Assembly (NCBI RefSeq): GCF_006345805.1
Contig: NC_042997.1
Coordinates: forward strand, 53,506,001 to 53,570,000
Source of the DNA: Octopus sinensis
Lineage: Eukaryota
DNA length: 64,000 nucleotides
Direction: 5' to 3'
Made by a program: the position numbers and the translations under genes. The notes beneath the pieces are model-generated. The model did no database searches. It was not told the DNA's origin and saw only the letters and a list, made by a program, of their open reading frames with translations. This document shows positions 1 to 11,280 of this stretch, piece after piece; positions within the stretch are counted from its first letter, which is position 1, and each line of letters opens with the position of its first letter.

Positions 1-18
1 ATAATAATAAAGGTTGTT

Positions 19-183
19 ACCGTATACATATTTACAAACCAAGGACGTTATTTAGACCTCCTTGACTCAAGTTAGAGAAGAGGTACGTATTATACACAAG
101 GTTTAGGTTTTTCAGAGGTACAGCCCCCTAAAAATCCCCTGCGTATTATACTCAAGAGCGGACTATACTCAAGGATTTACGGA
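19..183. mobile_element. Putative MITE remnant (one intact terminal repeat)
   Basis: taccgta near 19 and gcggactatactcaaggatttacgg near 158-182; internal repeats cgtattatac(a/t)caag. Left end degraded. Confidence 0.4.
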
Positions 184-402
184 ACTTACTCTGATCAATT
201 TCATTATGAGTAGACTCCACCAGCTGTTCAATGTATAGTTGAACAGTTGGTGTTAAGAAGGGTACTGGGCACCATATTTCTTTTCACAGTTGATTTGCAG
301 CATCATCCTATTCATATTAATATAAAAATAGAAGTAAACTCATATCAAAACAAAAAAGAAAAAAAAATCTAATGCTATATATCTCACTGTTATATTTTTC
401 AG

Positions 403-582
403 GCCGTCACTATGGTGCAATTAGTTGTGAAGGATGCAAAGGTTTCTTTAAAAGAAGTATTCGGAAACAGCTGGGCTATGCCTGTCGGGGTAACAAAGAT
501 TGCCCAGTCACAAAAATGCATCGTAATCGCTGTCAGTTTTGTCGTCTACAGAAGTGCCTTGCAGTTGGCATGCGTTCTGAAT
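403..582 (+). CDS. NR2C1/2: Coding exon, nuclear receptor DNA-binding domain (P-box and second zinc finger), NR2C/TR2-TR4 family
   Basis: Acceptor ttttcAG ends at 402, donor GTAAGT at 583. Translation (G)[59 protein letters not shown] has the CEGCKG P-box and closely resembles the TR2/TR4 DBD as I recall it. Phase 1 at both ends. Confidence 0.95.
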
Positions 583-1189
583 GTAAGTTTAATTTTCTTT
601 TATGTTTAAATCTCAAGTTTTTCTTTGTCTTTACTGGATAGAAGAACTGATTGAGCATGTGATCATCTCATACCAAAAAAAGAATATCTTCCAATGTAGC
701 TTGAAATGTGTTGATTAATAAAAATAGTAATTATTGAAATTTCTATACTGTACATGATTGGCGTAGATTTACCTATCCAGATTTAGGAAATATCTATGTT
801 TTGTTTATTGAAATCCTAAAACTGTCTTGATTTCTTGTTGAACAAAGAGTGGCATGCAATCTGATAGGATGGAACATTTAAATGTTTTATGCTATCCATT
901 GGTTTGGAAAATGTTAGCGTCATTCCTGGAGTCAAATTAGGAATGAAATGATCTTCACAAGAAAGTGTTAATTACAGTAAAAAATTAAAATATCTTGAAG
1001 ATACAGATAAATGAAGTAAATTACAGAGTGTGATATTAGATCTTTTTCTCTTGTTTTACTTGCAAAAAGAAAAAAATAGAAACATTCATTAAAACTTATC
1101 TAGTTGAATATGTGGGAAGGAAATGAAACCAGTTTTGGGAAGTCTTTCTATAGATGGGCTATTTTTGTTTTCTCCTCTTTTTATTTTTA

Positions 1190-2803
1190 AGACCAAGGTT
1201 CTTGTAGAAAGACCAGGGGTCTAGTAAGCAAGAAAACAGACAAGACTCTACTCACTTTAGGTAAATGGCCCTGCTCAATTTGTAGGAAAGGTGTAGGCAG
1301 GAATTCCATACAAGATATCCAGTGCAACTGTGTACACACAGGAGGTGTAGTGGAATAATAGGGAGGCTAACAGAGAAAGTAGAGATTGTGTATGTATAAG
1401 ATGCACAGGAGCCATCAAGTCTACAGATACATTAGAAATTGATTTTTTTAAACATCCCGGAAGCTCTCTAGAGGCAGTGGATAATTTCTGCTACCTAGGG
1501 CTTCTAATCAGTAGTGGAGGGGGATGTTCAGAAGGTGCTATTGCTAGAATGATAAGATGAAGAAAATTCAGAGAGCTTTTACCTCTCTTGGCAGCTAAAG
1601 GTCTCTCTCTTGAAGTGAAAAAAAAATAAAAAGATTGCATGATGTATTTGTAGAAACTGCAATGCTACACAGCAGAGGACATGCAAAGAAGTAGAGAAAA
1701 ATGAAGCTAGTATACTCTGCTGGGTGTGTAATGTCAATGTACACATGCAGCAGAGTGCTAATGTATTGAGAGAAAAGTTAGGCATATGAGGAATTAGATG
1801 CAGTGTGCTAGAGAGAAGACTGTGCTGATTTAGATATGCGATGTATACAGCTGTGGACAGTTGCATAAAGAAGTACCTTTCACTTAAAGTAGATGAAACT
1901 TGTAGAAGAGGGAAACTCAGGAAGACATGGGATGAAGTATTGAAGGCTGATCTCAAGAGGTTGAGCCTTAAGATATCTGATGCCTTGCTGTACTCTAGAA
2001 GACTTGTCCAGCACAGCAGAATTGATATCCTAAAACCACCTTAGTAATGCTTGTCCATGAGGGGCTCTATCCCACCCCCCACCTCCATCCTCTCTGACCT
2101 GACTATTTTTCTCCCCATATTTCATCCCTTAATACCCACCACTTCTCTATCACCTGAGAGCTGAGTGGGCACATTCTACATCATCTCAGTTGCCCCCCCC
2201 CACCCCCCCGTGAACCATTTCCATTTCCCATTATCTCCCCCCACAAACCTCTGCTCTACATCATTCGGTCTTTTGCTACTGTCACTGCTTCCCTACCTAC
2301 TCATCCAGTCCCAAACTTCTGTATCACCTATCTTATTCTCCCTGCCATATCCCACAAGGGCATGTCTCAACACATCTTCACCACCATCTCTCTCACTATT
2401 GCTCTCTTTATCTTACCTCTTATCCACTTTTACACTCTGACTCACCCACTCTCTTTAATTATTCCCTAACTCATTCTCCTTTCTTTTCCGACTGGACTAT
2501 CCACGTATCTACTCTGCTACAAGACATCTAACTATGTCCCTCCACACCTTTAATCTCTCAACTGGCACAAAGCCACCTCTGCCTCAATACTACTCAACCC
2601 CCACTCCCAGCCAAGGAGTTTTGTCTCGCAAGTTGCTTGATGACCCTCTTGGTGCTGGTGGCAAGTAAAAACACCCAGAACACTTGGTAAAGTGGTTAGC
2701 ATTAGGAAGGGCATCCAGCCATGGAAACCATGCCAAAACAGACAATGGTTCCTGGTGTGGTTCCTAGCATGGAAAACAGATGTTGATGATGATGATGATG
2801 ATC
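1190..2803 (+). mobile_element. 5'-truncated, decayed RTE-clade LINE with long pyrimidine-rich 3' UTR and (GAT)n tail
   Basis: Broken frames read WPCSICRKGVGRNS, LEAVDNFCYLG, RGKLRKTWDEVLKADL. Terminal module gtggttagcattaggaagggcatccagc...ctagcatggaaaacagatgtt then (GAT)n at about 2785-2803. Confidence 0.85.
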
Positions 2804-2931
2804 TCACTACTAATATCTCCAATTTCTTATTACTTTCATCATCAAAAGACCTGTTTACATAGAGTGACCATGAATAAGTAATTGGTTTTTCTTTTGTCTG
2901 AATATTAGTGGTATATTCTGATTTTGTTTGT

Positions 2932-4395
2932 AAAATATATCTACACATATGCACAGAATTTAGAGGAAACTACTTTTGATGATCAAATATTCATATATTG
3001 CTGTTTCAATGAAAATATGTTCTGCATTTTAAACATGCTGTATTATTTTAATATCTCTTGTAAACAGTACAGAAAGTTTTAAAAAGAGAAAAAAACCCAA
3101 AAAGGAAACGAATTCATAGATTTTATTTCAAAATTGGTTTTTGTTGCTTTAATTTCAGAAAACTTAATTTATTTTTGCTGATTATTGTTTCTGCTGTTAT
3201 AGTGATTTTTAATATCAGTAACATTTTCTGCGGTTAAACTCCGTGTGACTTGTTTACTTGTAGTAGGTATTTTACTTATATTAATTTTTCAAATGATTCA
3301 CTCTCTTCATACGTTGAGTTCAGTTCAGATTCTGCCAGGATGGAATTTTCCTGTCATAGCTCAAGGAGTGAAAAAAATAAATATCAACCGTGTATTCTAG
3401 TTAATTCAATCATCTCTACACTACTTCACTTATAAATGGGTATTTTGTGTTCTAATGTGGGATATCAATATTTCAGAGAACTTAGATGGTGATCTGGTAG
3501 AAGGTTAGCACACTGGGCAAAATATTTAGTTGCATTTTGTTCATCTTAACATTCTGAGTTTAAATTCTGTTGAGGTCAACTTTGCCTTTCAGCCATTCAA
3601 GGTTGATAAAATAAGTACCAGTTGAATACTGGGGTTGATGTAACTGACCCTTTCCCTAAAAATTTCTGGCCCTGTACCAAATTTTCAGAGAACTGTTTCC
3701 TTGTTGACCATCAGCTATATGGATCTCACAAGTCTGGAAGGATCTGCCAAAACCATGCTTTCTGCTCCTCCTCTTCTGACTAACTTACTTTTAAAAATGC
3801 ATCATTGCTTACAAAGAAGTTACCCTGCTTTGGTTTTGATGTGTATTATCATTATAAAGCTATTAATATTAATTCAGTGTAACTTATATTTCAAAATTTC
3901 CTAAACAATATTGCAAATTTTATTGTTTGTCACTCTATTTCTTGGCTTAATTCTCTGTCATTCTCTTCTGTTTGATTATTGTTTTCTTTTGCGGACAGTG
4001 ACTTATAAATATATTAATATCATGACATTTGATCAATGTTGCTCTAATTTTTAATAGTTTGTGCAAAAATTTTATGGTGTGCAAATTTTTTTCTGTAATG
4101 AAACAGTATGTACAGAATAAGTTTAATTATTGATAACTTCATTATTTTAATACTACATGTATTTACTTCTTGTGTGCACATTAATTTCTTTTGCGCTTTG
4201 GTTATAAAATGTATCTACACATATGCACAGAATTTAGAGGAAACTACTTTTGATGATCAAATATTCATATATATTGCTGTTTCAATGAAAATATGTTCTG
4301 CATTTTATACATGCTGTATTATTTTAATATCTCTCATAAACAGTATACAACTTTTTAGAAAGAGAAAAAAAAAGCCCAAAAAGGAAATAGAAATC
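2932..4395. repeat. Pair of ~185-bp direct repeats (2932-3117 and 4207-4395)
   Basis: Both read atctacacatatgcacagaatttagaggaaactacttttgatgatcaaatattcatat...; near-identical over the first ~110 nt, more divergent at the 3' end. Confidence 0.9.
3485..3690 (+). mobile_element. tRNA-headed SINE with Meta-domain-like body
   Basis: gagtttaaattctgttgaggtcaactttgcctttcagccattcaaggttgataaaataagtaccagttg; same family as 46829-48257, opposite orientation. Confidence 0.75.
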
Positions 4396-4624
4396 AGTTA
4401 CAAAATCGATATGTTAATTTTTTAATAGTTGATGTTTGGTCAAACATTATTTGTGGGAATCACTTTTCCTCTAAATCTGATGAGTGTTGTCTAAGTTATT
4501 TCATGTTATTTAGTTGTTCTAGTTTTTCCAGTATGTTTTTGTGTTTTGATACTTTCTCTTTTGAAGAAACCCTTAATGTAACTGCTGTTGTTGTTGTTGT
4601 TGCCATTATCATCATCACCATTGT

Positions 4625-5060
4625 TAAGAAGAGCAGAGAGTAACAGAATTGGTAGAGAACTAGATTAAATGTTTTATGCTACTTTACTGTTTTGAACTCA
4701 AATTATGCTGGTGTTGACTTCACTTTTCAACCTTCCTGGAACCGTAGAATAGATAGTTGTCAAGTACTGTGGTTAATTCAATTGACTATTTTTTTTCTCC
4801 TGTGACCTTGTTAGAAATCATTATTATTATTAGTTGTAGTGGTAATATTAGTATTATCATAAATATTATAGAGGCAGTAGATTAGCAGAATTGATAATGT
4901 ACTGGTCAAAATGTTCTATGGTATTTAATTACATCTCTTTATGTTCTGAGTACAAATTTTATCAAATCTGATTTTTGTTTTTCATCTTTCTGGGGTTGAT
5001 AAAGTAAACACTGATCAAGCACTGAGGTTAATGTAATTGATCTATACTCCACTTTCATAA
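4625..5060 (+). mobile_element. Two decayed tandem copies of the Meta-like SINE separated by (ATT)n
   Basis: Degenerate matches to the same head and body at about 4625-4830 and 4868-5060. Confidence 0.55.
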
Positions 5061-6217
5061 TATAAAGTCCTGTACCACCTAACTATAATAAATTATCTCC
5101 AAACCTTGCCTTTTGCTCCACACATCTACTTATCCTGGTCACCTGGTAAATAATCTCTTAACTGTCTTTTGTTACCTGCCTATAAGCACACAGCATCAAT
5201 GAGCAAATTAAGAAAATTCTTCCATAAACTTTAATAAACCAAAAGTCTGTCCTCAGAATTAAGTAACACTACAACCACAAATACTGTAGGACATCATCAT
5301 TGATCTTCATCATCACTTAACATCCATATTCCATGCTGGCATGGATTGGGTGGTTTGACAAGATCCAACAGATCAGAGAACTGTATTGAACTCCTGCTTG
5401 TTTTGTGATGATCTCTACAGATGGATACCCTCCCTAACATCAGTCACCTTACAGAGTATAGTGGGTGCTTTTTTGTATCATTGGCATTCATGTGGTTGCC
5501 AAGTAGTACACAAGACAAAACCTGCTGATCTTGAGGATGCCAAGTAGTACACAAGACAAGACTTGTTGATTGAGTGGGGTGTGGTCACCCTCTTGTATCT
5601 TAAAGGTATGTTCTAACACCTCTTCACCTCCATCTTCTCTTCTTTTCTAGCTGGGTAGATATGTATGTCCTCTACTGTAACACACCTGTTCCTACCCATC
5701 TATAATACCATTGCTTCTTAACACCTGGCATAAACTAGCTACATACAGTAAAAACAAAATATTACTGAGAATCAGCTTGTAAATACAACTCTAACTACTC
5801 AACTGAATTAGCTAACTTAATAAAAATTGGGCAGTATATCAAACACATTGTAGTGACTCTACACACAACAGGAATAAAACTCAGAAATCAAACAAAAACA
5901 GAAAACTTGCGAATATTTGTCTTGGGCATAAACCAGAAAGCGAGCAGTAAAATACTATATAAAACCACTAGCAGCATTAACAACTTCAACAGCAGCCATA
6001 GAGCATTTTCAAATACAGAGTGTACTGGGTGCTTTTACACAGTACTGGCACAGGTGCTTTTATCTGGCACCGGCATGGCTGCTTTTTATGTGGCACTAGC
6101 ACCTACAAAACTGTGAGATTAGAATCACCCAGCTGAAGAGGGATGTAGGGGACATGCCTATATGCAAAGGCAACCTCTTTTTAATTTATATCTACAATGG
6201 AAATTGTAGTTAAGATA

Positions 6218-6525
6218 CCCGTGCCGGTGACATGTTAAAAGCACCGTCCGAACGTGGCTGATGCCAACGTCGCCTGACTGGCATCCATGTCGGTGACACA
6301 TAAAAGCACCAACCGATCATGGCTGTTTGCCAGCCTCATCTGGTGCCGGTGGCACGTAAAAAGCACCCACTACACTCACGGAGTGGTTGGCATTAGGAAG
6401 GGCATCCAGCTATAGAAACACTGCCTGATCAGACTGGTGCCTGGTGCAGCCTCTTGGCTTCCCAGACCCTGGTCGAACTGTCCAACCCATGCTAGCATGG
6501 AAAACAGACGTTAAATGATGATGGT
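6218..6525 (+). mobile_element. RTE 3'-terminal module with internal tandem subunits and (GAT)n tail
   Basis: Repeated gtgccggtggcacgtaaaaagcacc units, then ggcattaggaagggcatccagc...catgctagcatggaaaacagacgttaaatgatgatg. Confidence 0.8.
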
Positions 6526-6749
6526 GGTGACAACCTTTCTATGCCTTCATGAAACATGCACACAGTCTTTTATACAGATGGCATCAGAGTTGCTTTCTGC
6601 TGTATTCTTCAGCTATGGCCTTGCAACAACATCACTAAGATTCCAGACAAACAGGCTAAAAGCAGCTCTTAACAAATCCACCATTACACCCAACAACATA
6701 AACATCATGCACACACAGAATCAACCATAAATCACCTTCTGCAGCTCTT

Positions 6750-7465
6750 TTATTGGCTTGTTCCTCCTCTATTTATTTCTGTCTCTCGCAACATCACCCA
6801 GGGCTTTCTCGCCCTGCACATTCATTCTCTTCCTCATCCAGTCAAACATCTTCATTCTCTGCCTTCCTCTCGCTCTCTTTCCAATTAGTTCAGTTTCTGC
6901 CATGTAACGTTCCATTCCATGTATCCATCAACTGTCTCTTTACTTTCATCTTCCTCAACACTTCCACATTCGTCACCCTCTGTACCCATGAGATTCTAAG
7001 CATTTTTCTATAAAACCACATTTCTGCAGCTTTGACTCTCTTCTCTATGACTTCGTTTATCGTCCAAGACTCACACCCATATGTTAACACCGACCAGATG
7101 TAGCACTTCAATAGTTTTTTCTTGACTTCCATTCCAATTCTCTTTGCACAAAATATGCTCCTCATATCCATAAAAGTCTTCTTTGCTAATCCAATTCTGC
7201 ACTTGCTGTCCTTATCTGACCTTCCATCTGATGTTATCCAACTTCCCAGATATATGGAACTGTCCTTCTACTCTATCCCAGTTCCATTCACTGCCAAGTG
7301 ACATGCGGGTACCTGTGCTTTTTTGTTACAGACCGTTGAGAAGGTTTTCTGGCAGTTAATCGTCAATCCAAGCTTTCCACTCTCCTCAGTCACGATATTA
7401 ATCAATCCTTGAAGCTTCTTTTCTGTGTCATTCATTAAGGCTTCAATGTACTTTGCGAACCTTCT
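6750..7465 (-). mobile_element. RTE (BovB-like) LINE reverse-transcriptase C-terminal remnant
   Basis: Minus strand reads ESGKLGLTINCQKT, YLGSWITSDGRSDKD, KLLKCYIWSVLTYGCESWT, AAEMWFYRKMLRISW. Confidence 0.9.
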
Positions 7466-7769
7466 ACAACATTCACAAAATACATAAAAGCCTTAATAAG
7501 GGTTTTTAGCTGGCATATATGCATGCACATGCACACATATGTGCACATACAGACAGGTAGACAGAGTTTTGATTCATTCATTGCCTCAAAAATATAATTA
7601 TATTCTTAGCACAACCTTATTATAATAAAATGTTATTGAGCTGAAATTCATCTTTTCAAAACCCTTTTATATAAAGCAGATCTTAAAGCTAAGCTTTTCA
7701 TATCTAACTTATTAACTTCATCAAAAAGTTTGAGCTTAGAGCAGATCAATTGAAAGTGTACCCTGTAGT

Positions 7770-8700
7770 TGTTTGTCTCTGCAGAAACACAACTATAGGA
7801 GCATCAAATTGATGGACAAGGTCATGAAAGTTATTGAAAGGGTCATAGCACGAGTGATTAAGAAAAGAATTAACCTAAACAAGATGGTTTAGGTTTATGT
7901 CATGACAGGTATCCTTTATGCCCTTTTCCTATAAGAGATAAGAGAAATATTTACTTAGCTTTTGTTGAAGTGAAGAAGGCTTTTGACAGGGTCCCATGCT
8001 CTGTAGTCAGGTGGTTATTTAGAAAACTATAAACACATTTTGAAACCTGTTGTCTTTAGGAACTTCTGTGTGTTGATAATTTAGCTCTTAAAGCTGAATT
8101 GGTCAAAGGTTTAGAAAGGAGATTCCAAAATTGGAAGCAGAATTAGAGGCCTGAGTAACTTAGCAAAGATTCAAATTTTAGTAAGTAGGAAAGAAGAGAG
8201 TACAGTACTGCTTTTGAAAATGGCTGCGCTTGACATGCAGAAAAAGAGTAGGTAGGAATTTCGTACAATGTACTCAGTGTAAGCTAAGGATGTACAAAGA
8301 GTGTACTGTTATTGGAAGCAGGCTGCCAGGGAATATAGATTTCATGTGTGATAAATACACAAGGGTTGTTAGAAGTTCAAGTGTGTGTGAGATAAATTTC
8401 TTCAGATATTTGGAAGGCTCTCTAGCTGTAATTAATAGCTTTTGCTATCTAGGTGACTAAATTAACAGCAGAAGTAGGTGTTCCAAAAGCATAATTGCTA
8501 GAGTGAGAACAGGGTGGAAAAGGCTTAGAATGCTACCGTGTCTGCTAACAATATGGGGTTTCTCTCAGAGTTTGTACAATGCTTATGTACAAAGTGCAAA
8601 GCTGCATGGTAGCAAGATGTAGGTCTTTAATGTGAAGATTGTGTGAAGGTTGGAAAGAAATGAGGACAGCACACTCTGCTGAATGTGTAGTATTAATATA
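7770..8700 (+). mobile_element. Decayed RTE LINE RT region
   Basis: IKLMDKVMKVIERVIARVIKKRINL, AFVEVKKAFDRVPCSVVRWL and NSFCYLGD motifs with stops and frameshifts. Confidence 0.85.
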
Positions 8701-9639
8701 TCTATATTATAATGGAGAAAGCTGCTTATTAATTAGGTATGTAACAGTTACTAAAATAAAGCAATTTTTTCATAAATTCATGTAATTTCGATTTCTGAAG
8801 TTTATCTAATATTTGAACTTCAAGTTCTTCACAAATTTAAATATTCGTAGCATTCACTGCAGAATAGATTTAATAAATAATATTAATTTGTTGAAGGTGA
8901 AATTTTCTGTTTTCATTTGCAACAGTTTCTCATTTTTGCCTGCCTTTTGTTTTCATTAATGATAATTTGATATATATTCATTTCAATATTTTCATTTCAA
9001 GTTTTAATTCGCTATTTCCCCAAACCCACAGATTATTCTATATACGTAATGTAAAAAAATTATTTATTGAATGAATGACCACCCATGTTAGCATGGAAGG
9101 TTGACCTTAAACGACAATGATGATGATGATGGACGAATGCTATTAGACAAAATAGCTGTATAACTTTGAGACTTATTTTTGATAAGATGAAAATTTTTGA
9201 ATATACTGGTATTATTAAAAAAAAAAAAAAATTAAGATGTGATTTTGTTGGTATGGCTGTTTGGAACACTATAAGCCTTACAAGAATAACTATGTGATTG
9301 CTGCTATTTCTAGCACACTAAATGTATAAATAACTGAAAGAAATATTTACTAAGCAAGTGAGATTTTTTATAAATCGAAGTTTTCAGGAAAATTTACTTT
9401 CTGAACTTCCTTTTATTATTGAATATTTCAAGTTCACAAATTTAAATATTCGGTACCAGATAGTTTTAAAAGAACTTTTATTTATACATTTTTTTTTTCA
9501 TTTCATGTCTATTTCATTCATTCTCTCTAATATTAACACACAAACTGTCTCTCTAATATAAACACACACACACTCCAGGTTTGACTAGCAGAAAACCACC
9601 TGGAGGGCGGTCTTTCTACTAGTTGGTATAATGGAAGGA

Positions 9640-11280
9640 GCACAAAGGAGTTAGGTAAAAAGCCGGATATATGAGGAATCAAGACAATGATGATGCAGGC
9701 AAGTGATATATATGGAGGACACCAATTGTGTAAATAAGTGTTTAGTACTCCAAGTGAGTAGAACCAATGGTAGAGGAATGTCAAAGAAAATGTGGAGCAA
9801 AGTGAAGACATCTTCAAGAGGCTGAAACTCATAAAGAAGATGACAAAGGACTGTGACTTGTTATAAAACACTGCTAGAGAGAGCTCATACAGTTTATGCA
9901 AGCATGGTAAAAATGGATGTAAAAATGTTGCTGAGGTGATGATGAAGATTAATCCATTTGGATCTTTCCTGGTCATCATGTTCTTATTAAGTCTCCATTT
10001 ACTACCCCCTTTTCTTCAATACTCTTTCTTTACTCTCTTTTACTCTTTTCAGTCATTTGACTGCGGCTATGCTGGAGCACCGCCTTTAGTCGAGCAAATC
10101 GACCCCGGGACTTATTCTTTGTAAGCCCAGTACTTTTTCTATCGGTCTCTTTTGCCGAACCGCTAAGTGATGGGGACGTAAACACATCAGCATCGGTTGT
10201 CAAGCAATGCTAGGGGGACAAACACAGACACACAAACACATACACACACATACATATATATATATACATATATACGACAGGCTTCTTTCAGTTTCCGTCT
10301 ACCAAATCCACTCACAAGGCATTGGTCGGCCCGGGGCTATAGCAGAAGACACTTGCCCAAGATGCCACGCAGTGGGACTGAACCCGGAACCATGTGGTTG
10401 GTTAGCAAGCTACTTACCACACAGCCACTCCTGCGTCTTACTCTTCTCTTTTTCTATAAATATATTTCTTATCACCCTATTTCTCTCACCTCCTGCTGCC
10501 TTTGTACCAAAGAATGGCATTGCATTTGATTTGTTTATATTTTATTCCTCTTTACAATCACTCTTTCTTATTAGACATCACTCTCTCTCTCTCTCCCATT
10601 GCTTACTCTCTTAACATTCATTGTTGATACCTATCATTCCCACTCTTTTACAAGCACCCTCTTCATCATTCTCTCATATTACTCCCTGTTATTCATTGTT
10701 GACCACCACTCTCACTTTCTCATCCCACTCTCCCCATTACACTTTCACTTTTAGTACTCCTTCTTTCCTTCTTTCTCCCTGTCAATCTCTTTTCCTTCAT
10801 CATTTTGTTCATGCTATTTCTATCCAATCTCCTTATCAACAGTCTTTGGGCAGCCATCCATCAGTCATTCTTTTTGTTTTCCTTTACCCTCTCCTCTTTT
10901 ACCCTCATGATATTATCACTCTTATCTTCTATTACTCTCTCTCTCTCTCTCTCTCTCACTTGCTCTCTTCTATCATTTCCCCATCTATCTGTAAGGAATG
11001 AGACAATCCTCTGGTGTTGGTGATTGAACAAATGAAGAAAATATTGAGTAGAGAGACGGATTCACGCTGATGAAACAACTTCTCTACTGATAGTGACTCA
11101 ATAAAGTACACCCAATGCACACTGTAAAGTGGGTGATTGTTGGGCATTTAGCTAAGAAACATGCCAAAAATGGATCCCCCAATCTAAGAGGGAATTAGTT
11201 TGAATAAGAACTGTCTCAGTCCATTTCAACCATCCACCCCATACCAGTATAAAAAAAAGTAGACATGAATTAATGACAAA
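9640..11280 (+). mobile_element. Decayed RTE LINE 3' end plus long pyrimidine-rich 3' UTR, interrupted by a SINE
   Basis: TNGRGMSKKMWSK-type C-terminal motif near 9765-9800; CT-rich UTR like 2060-2560; degenerate terminal module at about 11125-11275. Confidence 0.6.
10035..10438 (-). mobile_element. Well-preserved tRNA-derived SINE (family A)
   Basis: Minus strand begins AGACGCAGGAGTGGCTGTGTGGTAAGTAGC (A box TGGCTGTGTGG) and has GGGTTCAGTCCC (B box), a central (AT)/(GT) microsatellite and a conserved 3' part ending ...cagtcaaatgactgaaaagagtaaaag. Confidence 0.92.

Noticed and set aside
372-641. 89-aa ORF as a complete gene
   Set aside because: Only 403-582 is exon; the Met and C-terminal tail are read-through into introns.
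6128-6175. Hammerhead-like CTGAAGA followed by a stem (gggatgt/acatgcc)
   Set aside because: No GAAA after stem II and no stem I or III.
10197-10614. Recurrent ORFs such as DRLLSVSVYQIHSQGIGRPG...EDTCPRCHAVGLNPEPCGW (also 24463, 35264, 55750, 58368, 60466)
   Set aside because: Chance translations of SINE family A, not a protein family.
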